A stretch of 64,000 bases of DNA, taken from Terriglobia bacterium (GTDB taxonomy: Bacteria > Acidobacteriota > Terriglobia > Acidiferrales > UBA7541). Under the pieces are notes generated by a model. The model had not been told where the DNA came from and searched no databases. It worked only from the letters and a program-made list of their open reading frames with translations. The DNA is taken from the NCBI GenBank assembly GCA_963695545.1, contig OY968796.1, positions 512,001 through 576,000 of the forward strand. Direction: 5' to 3'. Positions within the stretch are counted from its first letter, which is position 1. Every line of letters begins with the position of its first letter. This document shows positions 50,609 through 61,945 of the stretch, piece by piece. The position numbers and the translations under genes are program-made.

Positions 50609-51382
50609 TCACGCGGATTGATCGCGCTTGCGAAGCGACGTGACAGCGATGACCACGATCATCGCAGCCGCGATCACGAGCGTCGAGGTGATCCGGCCGA
50701 GCGCGAGGCCGCCTTCTTCATGTGGCTTGGTGAGTGTGTCGCCGAGCGTCGCGCCGAGCGGGCGCGTGAGAACGTAAGCGGCCCAGAAGAGGGCGCTTTT
50801 CGGGAGTCTGGTGAAGAAGTGAAGCGCGGCTACGAGCGCGATCAGGCCCGCGAACAGGAGCGCTCCGCGGCTGAAACCAAGGCCGGCCGTCGTCGAAGTG
50901 AAATCGCCCAGCGCGGTTCCAAGCGTGTTTGAGACGAGGATCGTGAGCCAATAAAAAAGTTCGTTGTTGCGCGTGGTGATGTTGTCGACCTCGATCGCGC
51001 CCGTCGAGAAGTGCCAGGCGACCAACACGGCGAGAACAACGCCGAAAAGCATGATCGAGGATTTCACATAGCCGAGACCGACGGTGCGATCCAAATAATC
51101 CGAGGTGGTGGTGCCGACAGTGGTGGTGGCCACCACGACGGCCCAGTAGAAGACGGGGTGATAGCGCTTCGAGGCCATCTGCGCGAAGAGCGTGACGCAA
51201 AAAAAACCGAGAAGAATCAGGCTGCTGACGGCGTAGCCTAGATTGAGCGTCATGGATAACGCGTCGCCGCCGGTTTCGCCGACCGTTGTTGCAAGAATTT
51301 TGGCAACCCAAAATGCGAGCGTGATGTGCGGGACCTTGCTCAGAATTGCAGTTTTGGCGTCAATCCCTGCGGCGCGTGCCAT
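50609..51382 (-). CDS. COG4705/DUF347-like membrane protein
   Basis: SKVPHITLAFWVAKILATTVGETGGD, NTLGTALGD, LTRPLGATLGD. Confidence 0.82.
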   Translation of the reverse strand: MARAAGIDAKTAILSKVPHITLAFWVAKILATTVGETGGDALSMTLNLGYAVSSLILLGFFCVTLFAQMASKRYHPVFYWAVVVATTTVGTTTSDYLDRTVGLGYVKSSIMLFGVVLAVLVAWHFSTGAIEVDNITTRNNELFYWLTILVSNTLGTALGDFTSTTAGLGFSRGALLFAGLIALVAALHFFTRLPKSALFWAAYVLTRPLGATLGDTLTKPHEEGGLALGRITSTLVIAAAMIVVIAVTSLRKRDQSA

Positions 51383-51609
51383 CGCTGGGCCTCCGAAATT
51401 TTGCGAGCAATTGCCGATTCCACGCGCATCCCTACCGAGCCAATGGCGAAAAATTGGGGAGCGCGAAACGCAACATACCACTGGCTCAATCAGCGCGCCA
51501 GACGGAAGAAAGTGGCGTGGGCTTGGGAGGATGGCGTGCGTTGTTGTGCGGGGCGCGGCGTTAGCGAGTGTGGGGACGCAGCGCGCGCTTGCGATCGGGC
51601 TTTTTGCTC

Positions 51610-52335
51610 TTACTCGGATTCCAGTAGCGTTTTGACGTGGGCTTCGAGGGCAACGCAATATTGGCGTTCGGCTTCGAGTTCGGCCTGAAGTTTTTTCACG
51701 AGCAGATCGAGACGTACGATTTCGCGCTTGAGTTTCTGGGCGTCGATCGATATGGCGTCCGCGCGCGCGGCCTGTGGTTTGCTCGCAAGCTGGCCGTTCG
51801 CTCGGGCGCTCGGCGCGGGCGCGGCAGGTGGTGTCGAAGGCGGAGGTGCAACAGGCGCGGGAGCGAAAATTCCGGTCAACGGGCCTGTTGCCGTCGATGG
51901 TGCTGCGGGAGCAAAAGCAGGCGCGGAAACGGGTTCCTCAATATGGAGGAGACTTTTCACGCGCGCGATCAGTTCCTGCGGCTGAAACGGCTTGCGGATG
52001 AGTTCGTCGGCTTTTACCTCCTTGGCTTTTTCCGCGACGGTACGATTCACAATTCCGGACATGAGAATTACCGGCTTCAAATTGAATTGCGGATGTTGTT
52101 TGACGAACTGGCAGACTTCGTAGCCGTTTTTGTCGGGCATGATGACGTCGGTGATGACGGCATCGGGTGGGTCGAGGTCGAATTGCGCTAGCGCCGAGGC
52201 AGCGTCGGCGCAGGCCACGACCTTGAAATTTTCGCGGCGAAAGGCGACGCGAATTACTTCGCGCATGGTGGCGCTGTCGTCGATGAAATAAATTGTCGGG
52301 ACGTGGCCGGTTGCGACGTCGGGTGTGGCGCTCAT
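51610..52335 (-). CDS. Response regulator (receiver, Pro/Ala linker, coiled coil)
   Basis: FIDDS, ITDVIMPD, RKPF. Confidence 0.88.
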   Translation of the reverse strand: MSATPDVATGHVPTIYFIDDSATMREVIRVAFRRENFKVVACADAASALAQFDLDPPDAVITDVIMPDKNGYEVCQFVKQHPQFNLKPVILMSGIVNRTVAEKAKEVKADELIRKPFQPQELIARVKSLLHIEEPVSAPAFAPAAPSTATGPLTGIFAPAPVAPPPSTPPAAPAPSARANGQLASKPQAARADAISIDAQKLKREIVRLDLLVKKLQAELEAERQYCVALEAHVKTLLESE

Positions 52336-53105
52336 CGTGTTTGGCCTCCCGTGGTTTCGTGGCGCTGTTCATCGAATTCGCGCATGGCGTCGAGAATCAA
52401 ATCGGTGGTGGAGCGCAGCACGGATCGCTTTAGCGCCGTGGCACCGTAAACAAATTTGTAAGTGCCGTGGCTTGCGCCGTAGCAATTCTTGACGATTTCC
52501 ATGACCGCCTCGTCGCCGAATTTGCTGGCGCATTCGGCGTGCGAGATCGCGCCGGCCTCGAAGAAAATCAGGCCGTCGATTTCACCGGCATTCACGTGAA
52601 GAGCGCCGGTCTGGCTGGCTTGACCGAGCATCTGGATGACGGTGGCCAAATCCATGTGCGAGAGATCGCCGCCGAGAGCGGTGTCCGGGGCGGCGACCAT
52701 TTGCGTGGGCTGAAAACCTTCGACGCGGCTCTGGAGAAACGCGCGCACGTGCGCCGCGATGTCGTCGGGGCCGCGACGTCGATCGACATAATCGGCGCAA
52801 CCGGCGCTGAAGGCATCGAGCAGGGCCTGTTCGCCGCCGCTGCCGATGGCGATGACCGGAATGGCGGCGGTATTTGCGTCGGCGTGGAGAATGGCCGCGA
52901 TCTTGAGAGCGTCCAACTCGCGCAGATTTGTGGCGCAGAGAATCGCATCGGGCGTGTTCCATTCGAGCATGGTGAGCGCGTAGGCAGATTGCGTGCAGGA
53001 GGTGACGTCGAAGCCCTCGACTTTCAGCGCATCGGCGAGACGCTTCGCGAAATAGACGTTGCTATCGATCAGCAGAATTCTGGGAACGGCGTTGACGGAG
53101 GTCAC
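52332..53105 (-). CDS. Pseudo-receiver plus DUF4388-like domain protein
   Basis: ILLIDS...PDAILCAT (no phospho-Asp); LGGDLSHMDLATVIQML...TGAL...G.IFF..G.I.HA. Confidence 0.8.
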   Translation of the reverse strand: MTSVNAVPRILLIDSNVYFAKRLADALKVEGFDVTSCTQSAYALTMLEWNTPDAILCATNLRELDALKIAAILHADANTAAIPVIAIGSGGEQALLDAFSAGCADYVDRRRGPDDIAAHVRAFLQSRVEGFQPTQMVAAPDTALGGDLSHMDLATVIQMLGQASQTGALHVNAGEIDGLIFFEAGAISHAECASKFGDEAVMEIVKNCYGASHGTYKFVYGATALKRSVLRSTTDLILDAMREFDEQRHETTGGQTR

Positions 53106-53569
53106 GGATGTGCCTCCACGAGCAAAGATTCCACTGGCGGCTGGGATGGGGCAAAGACAGCGTCGAGATCGAGGACCGGCACTTGCTCGTCGCCGAAGTG
53201 CACCACGGCGGTGACGTAGGGTGGGGCGCCTGCCTCGGGCGATTGCAGCGGCGCGCTGAAAAGTTCGCAATCGCCCATCACGGGAATGGCGCACCACTCA
53301 CGCGCCGCGCCGAATCTGCGTGCCGCGATCAGATAGAACTTGCGATGCTGGGTCTCGGGTCCGGCAACGACTCGGGCGACATCGGCCACGGGCACGACTT
53401 GTCCGCGGCGCACGAGAACACCGAGCAAGAGCGGAGTGGTGTGCGGAAAAACCTGCAAGCTGCCCGGCACGACGAGTTCGATGACGGTTTCGGCAGGTAA
53501 CGCGAAGCGGCGCGCGGCGAGCGTGAGCAGCACGAACGAGCCGGCGCCGTTTGATGTGGTGGCGCTCAT
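53102..53569 (-). CDS. cheW: CheW-like protein
   Basis: FALP...VIEL, FPHT..LLGV..RGQVVPVAD, VLDL. Confidence 0.82.
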   Translation of the reverse strand: MSATTSNGAGSFVLLTLAARRFALPAETVIELVVPGSLQVFPHTTPLLLGVLVRRGQVVPVADVARVVAGPETQHRKFYLIAARRFGAAREWCAIPVMGDCELFSAPLQSPEAGAPPYVTAVVHFGDEQVPVLDLDAVFAPSQPPVESLLVEAHP

Positions 53570-54102
53570 GCGGCCGAGGCTCCAGCGGGAGCGGCTTTGT
53601 CGCGCTGCGAGATCGCGAATGCGGAATCGAGGAGCGCGATATCTTCGGCCGTCAAGAATCCCGATGGATGGACGACGGGAACCACGCGATCGCCGATCAG
53701 CGCGAGTCCGCGATACCAGCGGCGCTCTTCGCCGGAAAATGCGCGCGGCAGCGGGCGCACGGCGGAGATTTCGATCATTTCCTCGATGCGATCGACCAGC
53801 GCGCAGGCGCGCGATTTGCGCAACACGAGGACAAGAGTGGGCCGCGTGACCGGCAATCCGAAGTGCAAACCCGCGTGCACAACGAAATAGGATTTTCCAC
53901 CACGTTCGATTCTGTGGCGCACTTTATTCAGGCCCGATTGCGCGAGTTCGGTTGCGGCGCCGGCCAGGCTGTCTGTGCTGCGAATTTCCTGCACGGCATC
54001 CATGGCGATCGCGAATCGGCAAGAGGCGATGGAAAACACGATGACTTGCTCGCTGCGTTTCGCGGGCCGGACGGATTTCGATTTCGTCGCGACGGGACTC
54101 AT
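53566..54102 (-). CDS. cheW: CheW-like protein
   Basis: VIVFSI..RFAI..AVQEI, LVDRIEE; operon context. Confidence 0.75.
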   Translation of the reverse strand: MSPVATKSKSVRPAKRSEQVIVFSIASCRFAIAMDAVQEIRSTDSLAGAATELAQSGLNKVRHRIERGGKSYFVVHAGLHFGLPVTRPTLVLVLRKSRACALVDRIEEMIEISAVRPLPRAFSGEERRWYRGLALIGDRVVPVVHPSGFLTAEDIALLDSAFAISQRDKAAPAGASAA

Positions 54103-55223
54103 CGCACGCCGACCGGATGCGCGTGAGCGAGACTAAGAACGCGATTTTCAAGTGCCGGATAAATATCGTCGATCGGGAGGACCTGCGCGACGGCTCCTGT
54201 TTTGATGGCTTCGGCCGGCATTCCGAAAATCACGGCCGTCGATTCGTCTTCCGCGATCACAAGACCTCCGGCCGATTTGATGGCAAGAGCGCCTTCGGCG
54301 CCGTCGTTGCCCATGCCGGTGAGCACCACACCGATAGACAAGTTTCCGGCGACCTCGGCGACGCTTTGCATCGCAACATTGGCGCAGGGGCGATAACCGG
54401 AGATGCGCGGTCCGTCGTCGAGAGAAATTCGGCGCGGCGCGATCAGACGCACGTGATGCGAGCCGGGGCACAGATAGAGCGTGCCGGGCTGAGCGATTTC
54501 GCCTTCTTCGGCTTCCTTTACGCGGATGCGGCTGGCTTCGGCGAGTTGCGCGCTGAACTGTTTCGTGAATGCTGCCGGCATGTGCAGCACGGCGAGCACG
54601 GCGGCGGGAAAATCCTTGCGGAATTTCGGAACCAGGCGCATGAGCGTGGCGGGGCCGCCGGTGGAAGCCGTGATTACGACGATGGGAATGCGGGTGGAAT
54701 CGTTCGGCGGATCGGGGGGCTCATTCTCTTGCGCCGCTGCGCGCTGAGGCTGCGACTGAGTTTGCGGCGCGGCGGAAACGCTCGACTTCGGGCGGGTGGC
54801 AGTGCGCACGACGCGAACTTTCGCGGCGAGACGCAACTTGCGCGAAAGTTCGTCGCGCACGAGATTCATATCGAGATCGACGCCGCTTTTGGGCTTGGCC
54901 ACGAAATCGATCGCGCCGAGCGAAAGCCCGCGCAGGGTGCTGGCCGCGCCCTCGCGCGATTCCGAGCTGACGATTACGATGGGGCGCGGATGTTGCGACA
55001 TGATGAGCTCGATGGCTTCGAGGCCGTCGACGTGCGGCATCATGATGTCCATGGTGATGACGTCGGGATCGAGCGATTGCGCGAGCGAAACCGCTTCGCG
55101 GCCGTCGCGCGCTTCGCCGATCACTTGCAGCGCGGAGTCCGCGGAGATGATTCCGCGCAGAACTTTACGCATGAACGCGGAATCGTCGACGATCAGCACG
55201 CGGATTTTTTTCTCGGCGCTCAT
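54099..55223 (-). CDS. cheB: Chemotaxis methylesterase with receiver domain
   Basis: VDDSAFMR, ASTGGP, HMP, LTGMGNDG. Confidence 0.95.
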   Translation of the reverse strand: MSAEKKIRVLIVDDSAFMRKVLRGIISADSALQVIGEARDGREAVSLAQSLDPDVITMDIMMPHVDGLEAIELIMSQHPRPIVIVSSESREGAASTLRGLSLGAIDFVAKPKSGVDLDMNLVRDELSRKLRLAAKVRVVRTATRPKSSVSAAPQTQSQPQRAAAQENEPPDPPNDSTRIPIVVITASTGGPATLMRLVPKFRKDFPAAVLAVLHMPAAFTKQFSAQLAEASRIRVKEAEEGEIAQPGTLYLCPGSHHVRLIAPRRISLDDGPRISGYRPCANVAMQSVAEVAGNLSIGVVLTGMGNDGAEGALAIKSAGGLVIAEDESTAVIFGMPAEAIKTGAVAQVLPIDDIYPALENRVLSLAHAHPVGVR

Positions 55224-55232
55224 TTCAATTTC

Positions 55233-58214
55233 TCATTCCATCGGCTCATCGCGTAGCGCGCCCGCGAGGGCGTTAGCGGCTTCGCGCGTTCCCGCGGCGG
55301 CTCCGATCAATTTTGAAACTTCGGCCAGGAGCTGCTCTTCTTGCACGGGCTTGGTGAGGAAACCGGCGGCGCCTTCTTTTATCGCGCGATCACGGTGCTT
55401 GGCACCGGCGCGCGAAGTCACAACCAGAACGGGAATGCGGCGCGTGATCGGATCCTGGCGGAGGTGCGCCATCAATTCGTATCCATTCATGCGCGGCATT
55501 TCGAGATCCGTGACGATGAGATGGCAACCGCTTTGGGCGACGACTTCGCTGGCTTCGAGTCCATCGGAGGCGAGACGCACGCGATAGCCGCGCTTTTCGA
55601 GCATTCTGCCGACGAACTTGCGCACGCTGATGGAATCGTCTACGACGACGACGACCGCTTCGCTTTCAATTCTGTCCATGGCTTCGGCGGGTATGCTGCC
55701 GGACGCAACGGCGGACGCGCCGGGCGCGAAGACGCGAGCGGCGCTGGCGCTGGCGAGAATGGCGGGGCGCTGCGAGACATCGGCGGAGACAAGGCGATTG
55801 AGATCGATGAGCAGAATCAGGCTGCCATCGGGAGCGATCGTGGTGCCGGGGAAAAGTTTTACTTTGCGCAGATACTCGCCGAGGCCCTTGATGACGATTT
55901 CGTCTTTGCCAATGACTTCTTCGACGAGAATTCCAACTTGGCGTCCGGCGACCTTCACGATCACGAGGCGCAGCGAACCGTTCGAGGCTTCAAGCGGGGC
56001 CAGGCCGAGCTGCACGTCGAGGCGCACGACCTCGGTGACGACGTCGCGCACTTTTGTGAGCGGCTTGCCGCCGACGACATCGATTTCGTCGGGGCGGATG
56101 CGGCGGATTTCTTCGACGACCGCGAGCGGGAGCGCGAAAACAGAGCTTCCACAGCGCACGTAGAGCGCTTGCGAGATGATCAGCGTGAGCGGAACTTTCA
56201 GCGTGAAGCAAGTTCCCGCGCCGGGCGTGCTGCGGACTTCGATTTCGCCGTTGAGGCCGTGCACGTTCGAGCGCACGACGTCGAGTCCGACGCCGCGGCC
56301 GGAGAGTTCGGTTTTGAGCGCGGCGGTGGAAATCCCCGGATGGAAAAGAAGATCCTGGAGATCGCGTTCGGTGAGCCCGACGGCGGCGGCCGGAGAAAAT
56401 ACTCCAGCCTGGATGGCGCGCTCGCGAACACGTTCGTAATCGATGCCGCGACCATCGTCTTCGACTTCTATGTAAATGTGATTGCCGTGATGATACGCGC
56501 GCACAGAGACGCGGCCGCGCGGGGACTTGCCTGCCTGCGTGCGATCGGAGGGAAATTCGATGCCGTGGGCGACGCAGTTGCGGACCAGGTGGATCAATGG
56601 GTCGGAGATCTGCTGAATGATGTTGTTGTCGAGCGAGGTCTCGGCTCCTTCGAGAGACAGATCGACCTGCTTGCCGGATTCTTTTGCGGCGTCGCGCGCG
56701 GTGCGCGTGAGGCGCGTGTAGAGATTTCCGATGGGCACCATGCGCGCTTGGGTGATTTCGTCCTGCAGGTGGTGCGCGAGTTTGGTGAATTCATCGATGT
56801 CGGTTTCGGCGCGGCCCTTGAAAGAGTTAAGTTGCGTCAAGACTTCGGTCACGTCGGCGGAAATTTCGGTCATGGAGCGCGACAGGATACTGAAATCGTC
56901 GTAGCGGTCGAGTTCGAGTTCGGAGAATTCGCCGAGCGGGGACTTGGCCGACTCCCTTCGCGCTTCGCCGGAAAAACTTCCCATTGAAACTGATCCGGGG
57001 CCGCGCCAGGTCTGGCCGATTCGCGCGAACTCGTATTTGTCCTGGAACTCAGAAACCTTGTCGGACAAGCGGCGCTTCGAGAAGCCGAGGACGTCAACCA
57101 ATCGCGCGAGCTCAGCCAATCGGCCGATCATGCGCGTGCGACTGATGATCAATTCGCCGACGGTATTCATCATGCGATCGAGACGGTCGAGCGGGATGCG
57201 CAGCGATTTGCTCTGCGGCGCGCCGGGGCGCGCTGTTCTTGCTATCGCGTCGACTGCGAGAGGTTCGATTGGCGGAGCGTTTTCCGATTCCGGAACGCGC
57301 GGGGACGCGGACTCTGCGCCCAATTCCTTCGGGGAGATTTCCGCGAGGCGCGACAAGAGAGCCCCAACGGCGGAGCGCATGGCGTCGTCATTTTCCCAAT
57401 CGCGGCGCAACAATTTCTTGAGCGTGTCAACTGTTTCAAGGCACACGTCAACGACTTCGGCGCTGGGCTGCAATTCGCCGTCTCGAATCCGGCCGAGAAG
57501 ATCTTCCGCGCGGTGCGCGATGGCCGCGACGCGGCGCAGGCCGACTTGCGCGGATGAACCCTTCACCGTGTGCATGGAGCGAAAGAGGCGGTGCACTTCT
57601 TCGGGGCTGGCGTTGGCCTCGAGCGCGAGCAAAGAATCGGTGACGACTTGCAGGTGTTCTTCGGCCTCGGGCAGGAAGAATTCGAGAACCTCATCGGAAA
57701 CTTCGCCGTCATCGGGAAGTGCCGCGAAGAGCGCGTCGCCTGTGGGAAAAGTCTCGCGCGGCGTCTCTGCGACGTCCGCCCCGGCCGGAGGGGGCAGGCT
57801 CGCGGCTTGCGCCGCGGCGGCTTCGGGAAAGGCGAATGCGTAGCGCAGTTTGAATGCCGCGATTTCTCCGGCGAGCTCTTCGCCGTTTGAGCCGATCTCG
57901 ATCAGATCGAATTCCAGAACGGAAATCCCGTCGGCCAGAAATTCGGTGAGCGGGCCGCGCGTTTCGGGGCTGAGCGCGGCATTTCGCGCGTACTGAAATA
58001 CATGGGCAAGTTTGTTCGCGATTTCCGACAGCAGGGGAAACTCGTATTTGCGCGACGCCTCAGCTAATGCAACTGCCGCGTCGTGGAGCTTGCGGACCGT
58101 CTCTTCTTCGGGCACGTCTTCCTGAAGGACGCCGGCGTACTCGCGCAAATACTGCAGATGCTCGGACGCATCCTGGAGGAGCAGTTCGAGCGCTTCGCGG
58201 TTTGGCGCGCTCAT
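55233..58214 (-). CDS. cheA: Hybrid CheA histidine kinase (Hpt, dimerisation, HATPase, CheW, receiver)
   Basis: FRSMHTVKGS, HLVRNCVAHGIE, DDGRG, SGRGVGLD, VVDDSISVR. Confidence 0.95.
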   Translation of the reverse strand: MSAPNREALELLLQDASEHLQYLREYAGVLQEDVPEEETVRKLHDAAVALAEASRKYEFPLLSEIANKLAHVFQYARNAALSPETRGPLTEFLADGISVLEFDLIEIGSNGEELAGEIAAFKLRYAFAFPEAAAAQAASLPPPAGADVAETPRETFPTGDALFAALPDDGEVSDEVLEFFLPEAEEHLQVVTDSLLALEANASPEEVHRLFRSMHTVKGSSAQVGLRRVAAIAHRAEDLLGRIRDGELQPSAEVVDVCLETVDTLKKLLRRDWENDDAMRSAVGALLSRLAEISPKELGAESASPRVPESENAPPIEPLAVDAIARTARPGAPQSKSLRIPLDRLDRMMNTVGELIISRTRMIGRLAELARLVDVLGFSKRRLSDKVSEFQDKYEFARIGQTWRGPGSVSMGSFSGEARRESAKSPLGEFSELELDRYDDFSILSRSMTEISADVTEVLTQLNSFKGRAETDIDEFTKLAHHLQDEITQARMVPIGNLYTRLTRTARDAAKESGKQVDLSLEGAETSLDNNIIQQISDPLIHLVRNCVAHGIEFPSDRTQAGKSPRGRVSVRAYHHGNHIYIEVEDDGRGIDYERVRERAIQAGVFSPAAAVGLTERDLQDLLFHPGISTAALKTELSGRGVGLDVVRSNVHGLNGEIEVRSTPGAGTCFTLKVPLTLIISQALYVRCGSSVFALPLAVVEEIRRIRPDEIDVVGGKPLTKVRDVVTEVVRLDVQLGLAPLEASNGSLRLVIVKVAGRQVGILVEEVIGKDEIVIKGLGEYLRKVKLFPGTTIAPDGSLILLIDLNRLVSADVSQRPAILASASAARVFAPGASAVASGSIPAEAMDRIESEAVVVVVDDSISVRKFVGRMLEKRGYRVRLASDGLEASEVVAQSGCHLIVTDLEMPRMNGYELMAHLRQDPITRRIPVLVVTSRAGAKHRDRAIKEGAAGFLTKPVQEEQLLAEVSKLIGAAAGTREAANALAGALRDEPME

Positions 58215-59089
58215 GATTTCGCCCCTGCGAGCGCGTGCGCGGGAACCGCAGCGCCGGGTTTGCGGTAGACGATGCAATCGCCGTGCTGGATGGATTCGAG
58301 TTTCAACGATTTGTTCGCGATGGACTCAGAGTGGCCGAGGAAAAGATATCCGCCGGGCTCGAGCGCGTCGTAGAAACGCTGCAGGACCCAGTGGCGCTGC
58401 TCATCGGAAAAATAAATCAGCACGTTCATGCAGAAGATGCAGTCCATGCGACCCACGTAAACGGCTTGTGCGAGATTCATGGGCGAGAATGTGATCCAGC
58501 GGCGCAGGCGCGGGCGGACTTTGAAGTGGGTCCCGTCGGCGGCGAAATGGGTTTTGATCTGATCGGGCGTGAGATTTTCGAGCGCACGCCGGCCGTAGAC
58601 GCCGCGCTCGGCGTGTTTCAGGGCGCGTTGACTGATGTCGGTGGCGAGAATCTCCACGTTCCATGCGTCGGCGAATTCGAGAGCGTCCGCGATGGCGATC
58701 GCTATCGAGTAGGGCTCTTCACCGGTGGAACATCCCGCGCTCCAGATGCGCAGCGTGCGATCCTTCTCCCAGAATTTCTTGGCTTGCAATTCGGTGAGGA
58801 TGCGGCGGACCAAAGCTTGATAGACGGCGGGGTAACGGAAGAACGAGGTCTCTTGCGTGAGCAGGCGCTCGAGCAGCGCGTCGTATTCGGAGTTCGAGGA
58901 CGCGATTCGGCGGAACATGGCGGTGGAATCCGCGAAGCCGCGCTCGCGCAAATGCTCGATGACCCGCGTGGAAAAGAAGCGTTCGCGAGATTCGTCAAAC
59001 TGAATCCCGGAACGCTGCTCGATCAACACGCGGATCTCATCGAGCTCACGCTCGGTGACTCTCGAATTGGCCGACGCCTTTTCTTTCAT
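58211..59089 (-). CDS. cheR: Chemotaxis methyltransferase
   Basis: ETSFFR, IWSAGCSTGEEPYS, NVLIYF, LGHSE. Confidence 0.95.
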   Translation of the reverse strand: MKEKASANSRVTERELDEIRVLIEQRSGIQFDESRERFFSTRVIEHLRERGFADSTAMFRRIASSNSEYDALLERLLTQETSFFRYPAVYQALVRRILTELQAKKFWEKDRTLRIWSAGCSTGEEPYSIAIAIADALEFADAWNVEILATDISQRALKHAERGVYGRRALENLTPDQIKTHFAADGTHFKVRPRLRRWITFSPMNLAQAVYVGRMDCIFCMNVLIYFSDEQRHWVLQRFYDALEPGGYLFLGHSESIANKSLKLESIQHGDCIVYRKPGAAVPAHALAGAKS

Positions 59090-59147
59090 GATCGCCACGC
59101 GTTACGCGCCCGCGATTGGCGGGCGAGCGACTCCGCGAAATTCCGCG

Positions 59148-60593
59148 TTAGCGGCGCACCCCCGCTCCGGCAGGCTGCCGAGGCTCGTGCGCTTCCTGCG
59201 CGGCCTTGGCGGCGGGCGTGCGGAGTTGGCTGAGCGCGTCATTCAATTGCTCGGAGAGTTGCACGACCTGGCCGACGGTGCTCACCGTTTGTCGCGCGCC
59301 CTGCGAAGTCTGGCGCGTGATGCCGGAGATGATTTGCATGGCATTCGCCACGCTTTCCGTTCCGCGCACCTGCTGCTTCGAGGCGAGCGAAATTTCCTGG
59401 ACGAGTTCGGCGGACTGCCGCACGACGCTGGAAATCGCTTCGAGCGCCTTTCCGGCTTGATCGGCCAGGCCCGCGCCGACTTCCACTTCCTTGGTGCCCT
59501 CTTCCATGACGACGACCGCTTCGTTCGTCTCGGCTTGAATCGCCTTGATGAGTGCGGCGATATCTTTGGTGGCGCTGCGGGAGTGTTCGGCGAGCTTGCG
59601 GACTTCGTCGGCGACGACGGCGAATCCGCGGCCGGCTTCTCCGGCGCGCGCGGCTTCGATAGCGGCGTTGAGCGCGAGCAAGTTGGTTTGCTCGGTGATG
59701 TCGTTGATGACGTTGATGATTTCCGAAATTTCAAGAGAGCGGTCGCCGAGCGATTTAATTTTCTTGGCGGTGGCTTGCACTTGCGCGCGGATGCGCTGCA
59801 TGCCTTCGAGCGTGTCGCGCACGGCGCGGTTGCCTTGTTCGGCGGCGTCGAGAGCGCGGCGCGCGGCTTCGGCGCTGGCTTCGGCGTTGTTCGAGACCTG
59901 CTTCATCGAAACCGTCAGCTCTTCGACGGCCGATGAAGTGTTGGTGATTTCCTGGTCCTGCTGCAGAGCGCCGCTGGTCATTTCCTCGGCCGCGGCGAGA
60001 ATGTTGTTGGTGCTGGCGGCGACATCGGCCGCGGGGCGCCGTACGTTATCGAGCACTTTCGTGAAGTAGTCGAGCATGGCGTTGATGGAATCGGTGACGT
60101 TGGTGAGCGCTTCGCAGGTGGCGCGCGCGCGTTGCGTGAGATCGCCGCGCGCCGCTTGATTGATCACGCCGAGCAGATCGCCGAGGCCGCGCTGTACGGA
60201 TTCCTGCGTTTCCTGGTTCGCCACGGCGCGGGTCAGCTTGCCGGCGCTGCGATGCAGATTGTCGGCGATGGCGCCGAATTCATCCTGCGACGAAATATCC
60301 ACGCGGCTACCGGCCTCGCCGGTGACGAAAAGCTCGGAATACTTCTCGAGTTCACGAACCGGCCGCAGCACTCGGCGGCTGAGGACCACCGCGAGCGCCG
60401 CGGCTGCAAGGCCGCAGAGCAGGAGCGCCCCGAACAATTCTTCGGCCGCGCCCATCGGCAGAGCTGGGGCCTGCAGCAAGGAGAGGCCGCCGGCGTTGCG
60501 GCCAGCCTGGAAGGCCAGCGCCAACACGCCGACAGCGCATGCGGTGCTCCAGAGAATCACCAGCCAGATTGTTGAACTCAAACGCGTTTTCAT
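59148..60593 (-). CDS. Methyl-accepting chemotaxis protein (two TM, HAMP)
   Basis: [43 protein letters not shown] before 60593. Confidence 0.95.
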   Translation of the reverse strand: MKTRLSSTIWLVILWSTACAVGVLALAFQAGRNAGGLSLLQAPALPMGAAEELFGALLLCGLAAAALAVVLSRRVLRPVRELEKYSELFVTGEAGSRVDISSQDEFGAIADNLHRSAGKLTRAVANQETQESVQRGLGDLLGVINQAARGDLTQRARATCEALTNVTDSINAMLDYFTKVLDNVRRPAADVAASTNNILAAAEEMTSGALQQDQEITNTSSAVEELTVSMKQVSNNAEASAEAARRALDAAEQGNRAVRDTLEGMQRIRAQVQATAKKIKSLGDRSLEISEIINVINDITEQTNLLALNAAIEAARAGEAGRGFAVVADEVRKLAEHSRSATKDIAALIKAIQAETNEAVVVMEEGTKEVEVGAGLADQAGKALEAISSVVRQSAELVQEISLASKQQVRGTESVANAMQIISGITRQTSQGARQTVSTVGQVVQLSEQLNDALSQLRTPAAKAAQEAHEPRQPAGAGVRR

Positions 60594-60693
60594 GACTTCC
60601 TCCGGAAAAACTTTCTCAACATCGCGCTCCGTGCGGGCCGGCCGGTTCGCAAAGAACAGACCAACGGAAGGAAGCGTCTCCGCTTCCCACGCT

Positions 60694-61218
60694 TCAGAGC
60701 AATGGAACTGGAAAAACTTCGACCAGCCGGCGAAGATCCAGCACCAGCGCAAGCCGGTCTTCGTGCCGCAGCATGCCGCGGCAATGCGGCATGTCTTTGG
60801 GGCCATCGTTCAGTAGCGATTCATCGGAGACGGAATACGTTCCGATCACTTCGTCCGCGGCGATTCCGAGGCGCAGAGAATCCTGCTGGCCCTCGGCGGG
60901 GAGCACGGCGACGACCACGTGCTTGGGCAATAGACCCGGGCGGCGGCCTTCGGTGACAGCGATGTCCACGAGAGGCACGATGGTGCCGCGCAAATTAAAA
61001 ATCCCGGCCATGAACGGCGGCGCGAGCGGAATGCGTGTGACGATCGGCCAATCGACCACTTCCTCTATGTCCAGAACGGAAAGGCAATATCGCTCGCGGC
61101 CCGCGCGGAAAACGCAGTACAAGCGTTCGGGCGCGCGCTCTTCGGTCGGCGCGCGATCGCCGGCGTCGAGGGCGTCAGCATCGGTCGTCAGCAGATCTTG
61201 TTGTGATTCGTCAGCCAT
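60694..61218 (-). CDS. cheW: CheW protein
   Basis: [25 protein letters not shown]. Confidence 0.9.
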   Translation of the reverse strand: MADESQQDLLTTDADALDAGDRAPTEERAPERLYCVFRAGRERYCLSVLDIEEVVDWPIVTRIPLAPPFMAGIFNLRGTIVPLVDIAVTEGRRPGLLPKHVVVAVLPAEGQQDSLRLGIAADEVIGTYSVSDESLLNDGPKDMPHCRGMLRHEDRLALVLDLRRLVEVFPVPLL

Positions 61219-61246
61219 TCCACATTCCTTTGCGGCGGCGCTCGAT

Positions 61247-61927
61247 TCAGGATTCCCGGAGCAACGTGGGAGACGCGAGTTCCGTCTCCGCCTGAGATTC
61301 CTTTTCGGCCTTTTGCATTTCCACGGCGAGCGACGAAAATCGCTGCATGATTTCATTCAGCCGCAACGCCATCGAGTGGATCGTTCTCACTTGCTCGAGA
61401 TTGCGCGGCGCGACCTGGGCGTGATCGGCGAGCAGGATGTCCGCGTTGCCGATGAGCGAGGTGAGCGCGTCGTTGATGCTGTGGCGCATCTCGATCAAGT
61501 ATCGGCCGAGCATCACGATGCGTTCGGCGCGTTCGGCGCGCGCGGAAGCTTCGGCGCGGTGCAGCGCTTCGCTTCCGAGCAGAATCAGCGTGTCCGGCCA
61601 GCCCGCGCGGTGCAGCAGCACCGGCATGTTCGGGTGTTCGGTCTTCACGGCGGCGGCGCAGGCCTCGTCTCCCACCACGTAGACCGCGGCATCGCAGGAA
61701 TCGAGCGAGCGCAGAATCGCGAGGAGTTTGCCGGGGCGCAACGGGCCGACGATGACAAGCGCGCATCCGATAGTGGAGGCCGCCGTCCAAACGTCGCTGG
61801 GCACGAGCGTGATTTCGGGGACGTTCCGCTCAGATTGCCAGCGCGCCATCAACGTGCGGGCGAATTCACGATCGTCCGAGACGATCACGGCGCGAGTGCG
61901 AAGCAGGCTGTCGTTCTTGCTCTTCAT
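61247..61927 (-). CDS. Degenerate receiver plus HisKA-like segment without ATPase domain
   Basis: VIVSDD start; EMRHSINDALTSLIGNADIL H-box; ends about 55 aa later. Confidence 0.7.
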   Translation of the reverse strand: MKSKNDSLLRTRAVIVSDDREFARTLMARWQSERNVPEITLVPSDVWTAASTIGCALVIVGPLRPGKLLAILRSLDSCDAAVYVVGDEACAAAVKTEHPNMPVLLHRAGWPDTLILLGSEALHRAEASARAERAERIVMLGRYLIEMRHSINDALTSLIGNADILLADHAQVAPRNLEQVRTIHSMALRLNEIMQRFSSLAVEMQKAEKESQAETELASPTLLRES

Positions 61928-61945
61928 TTCTTGCTCTTGGTTGCG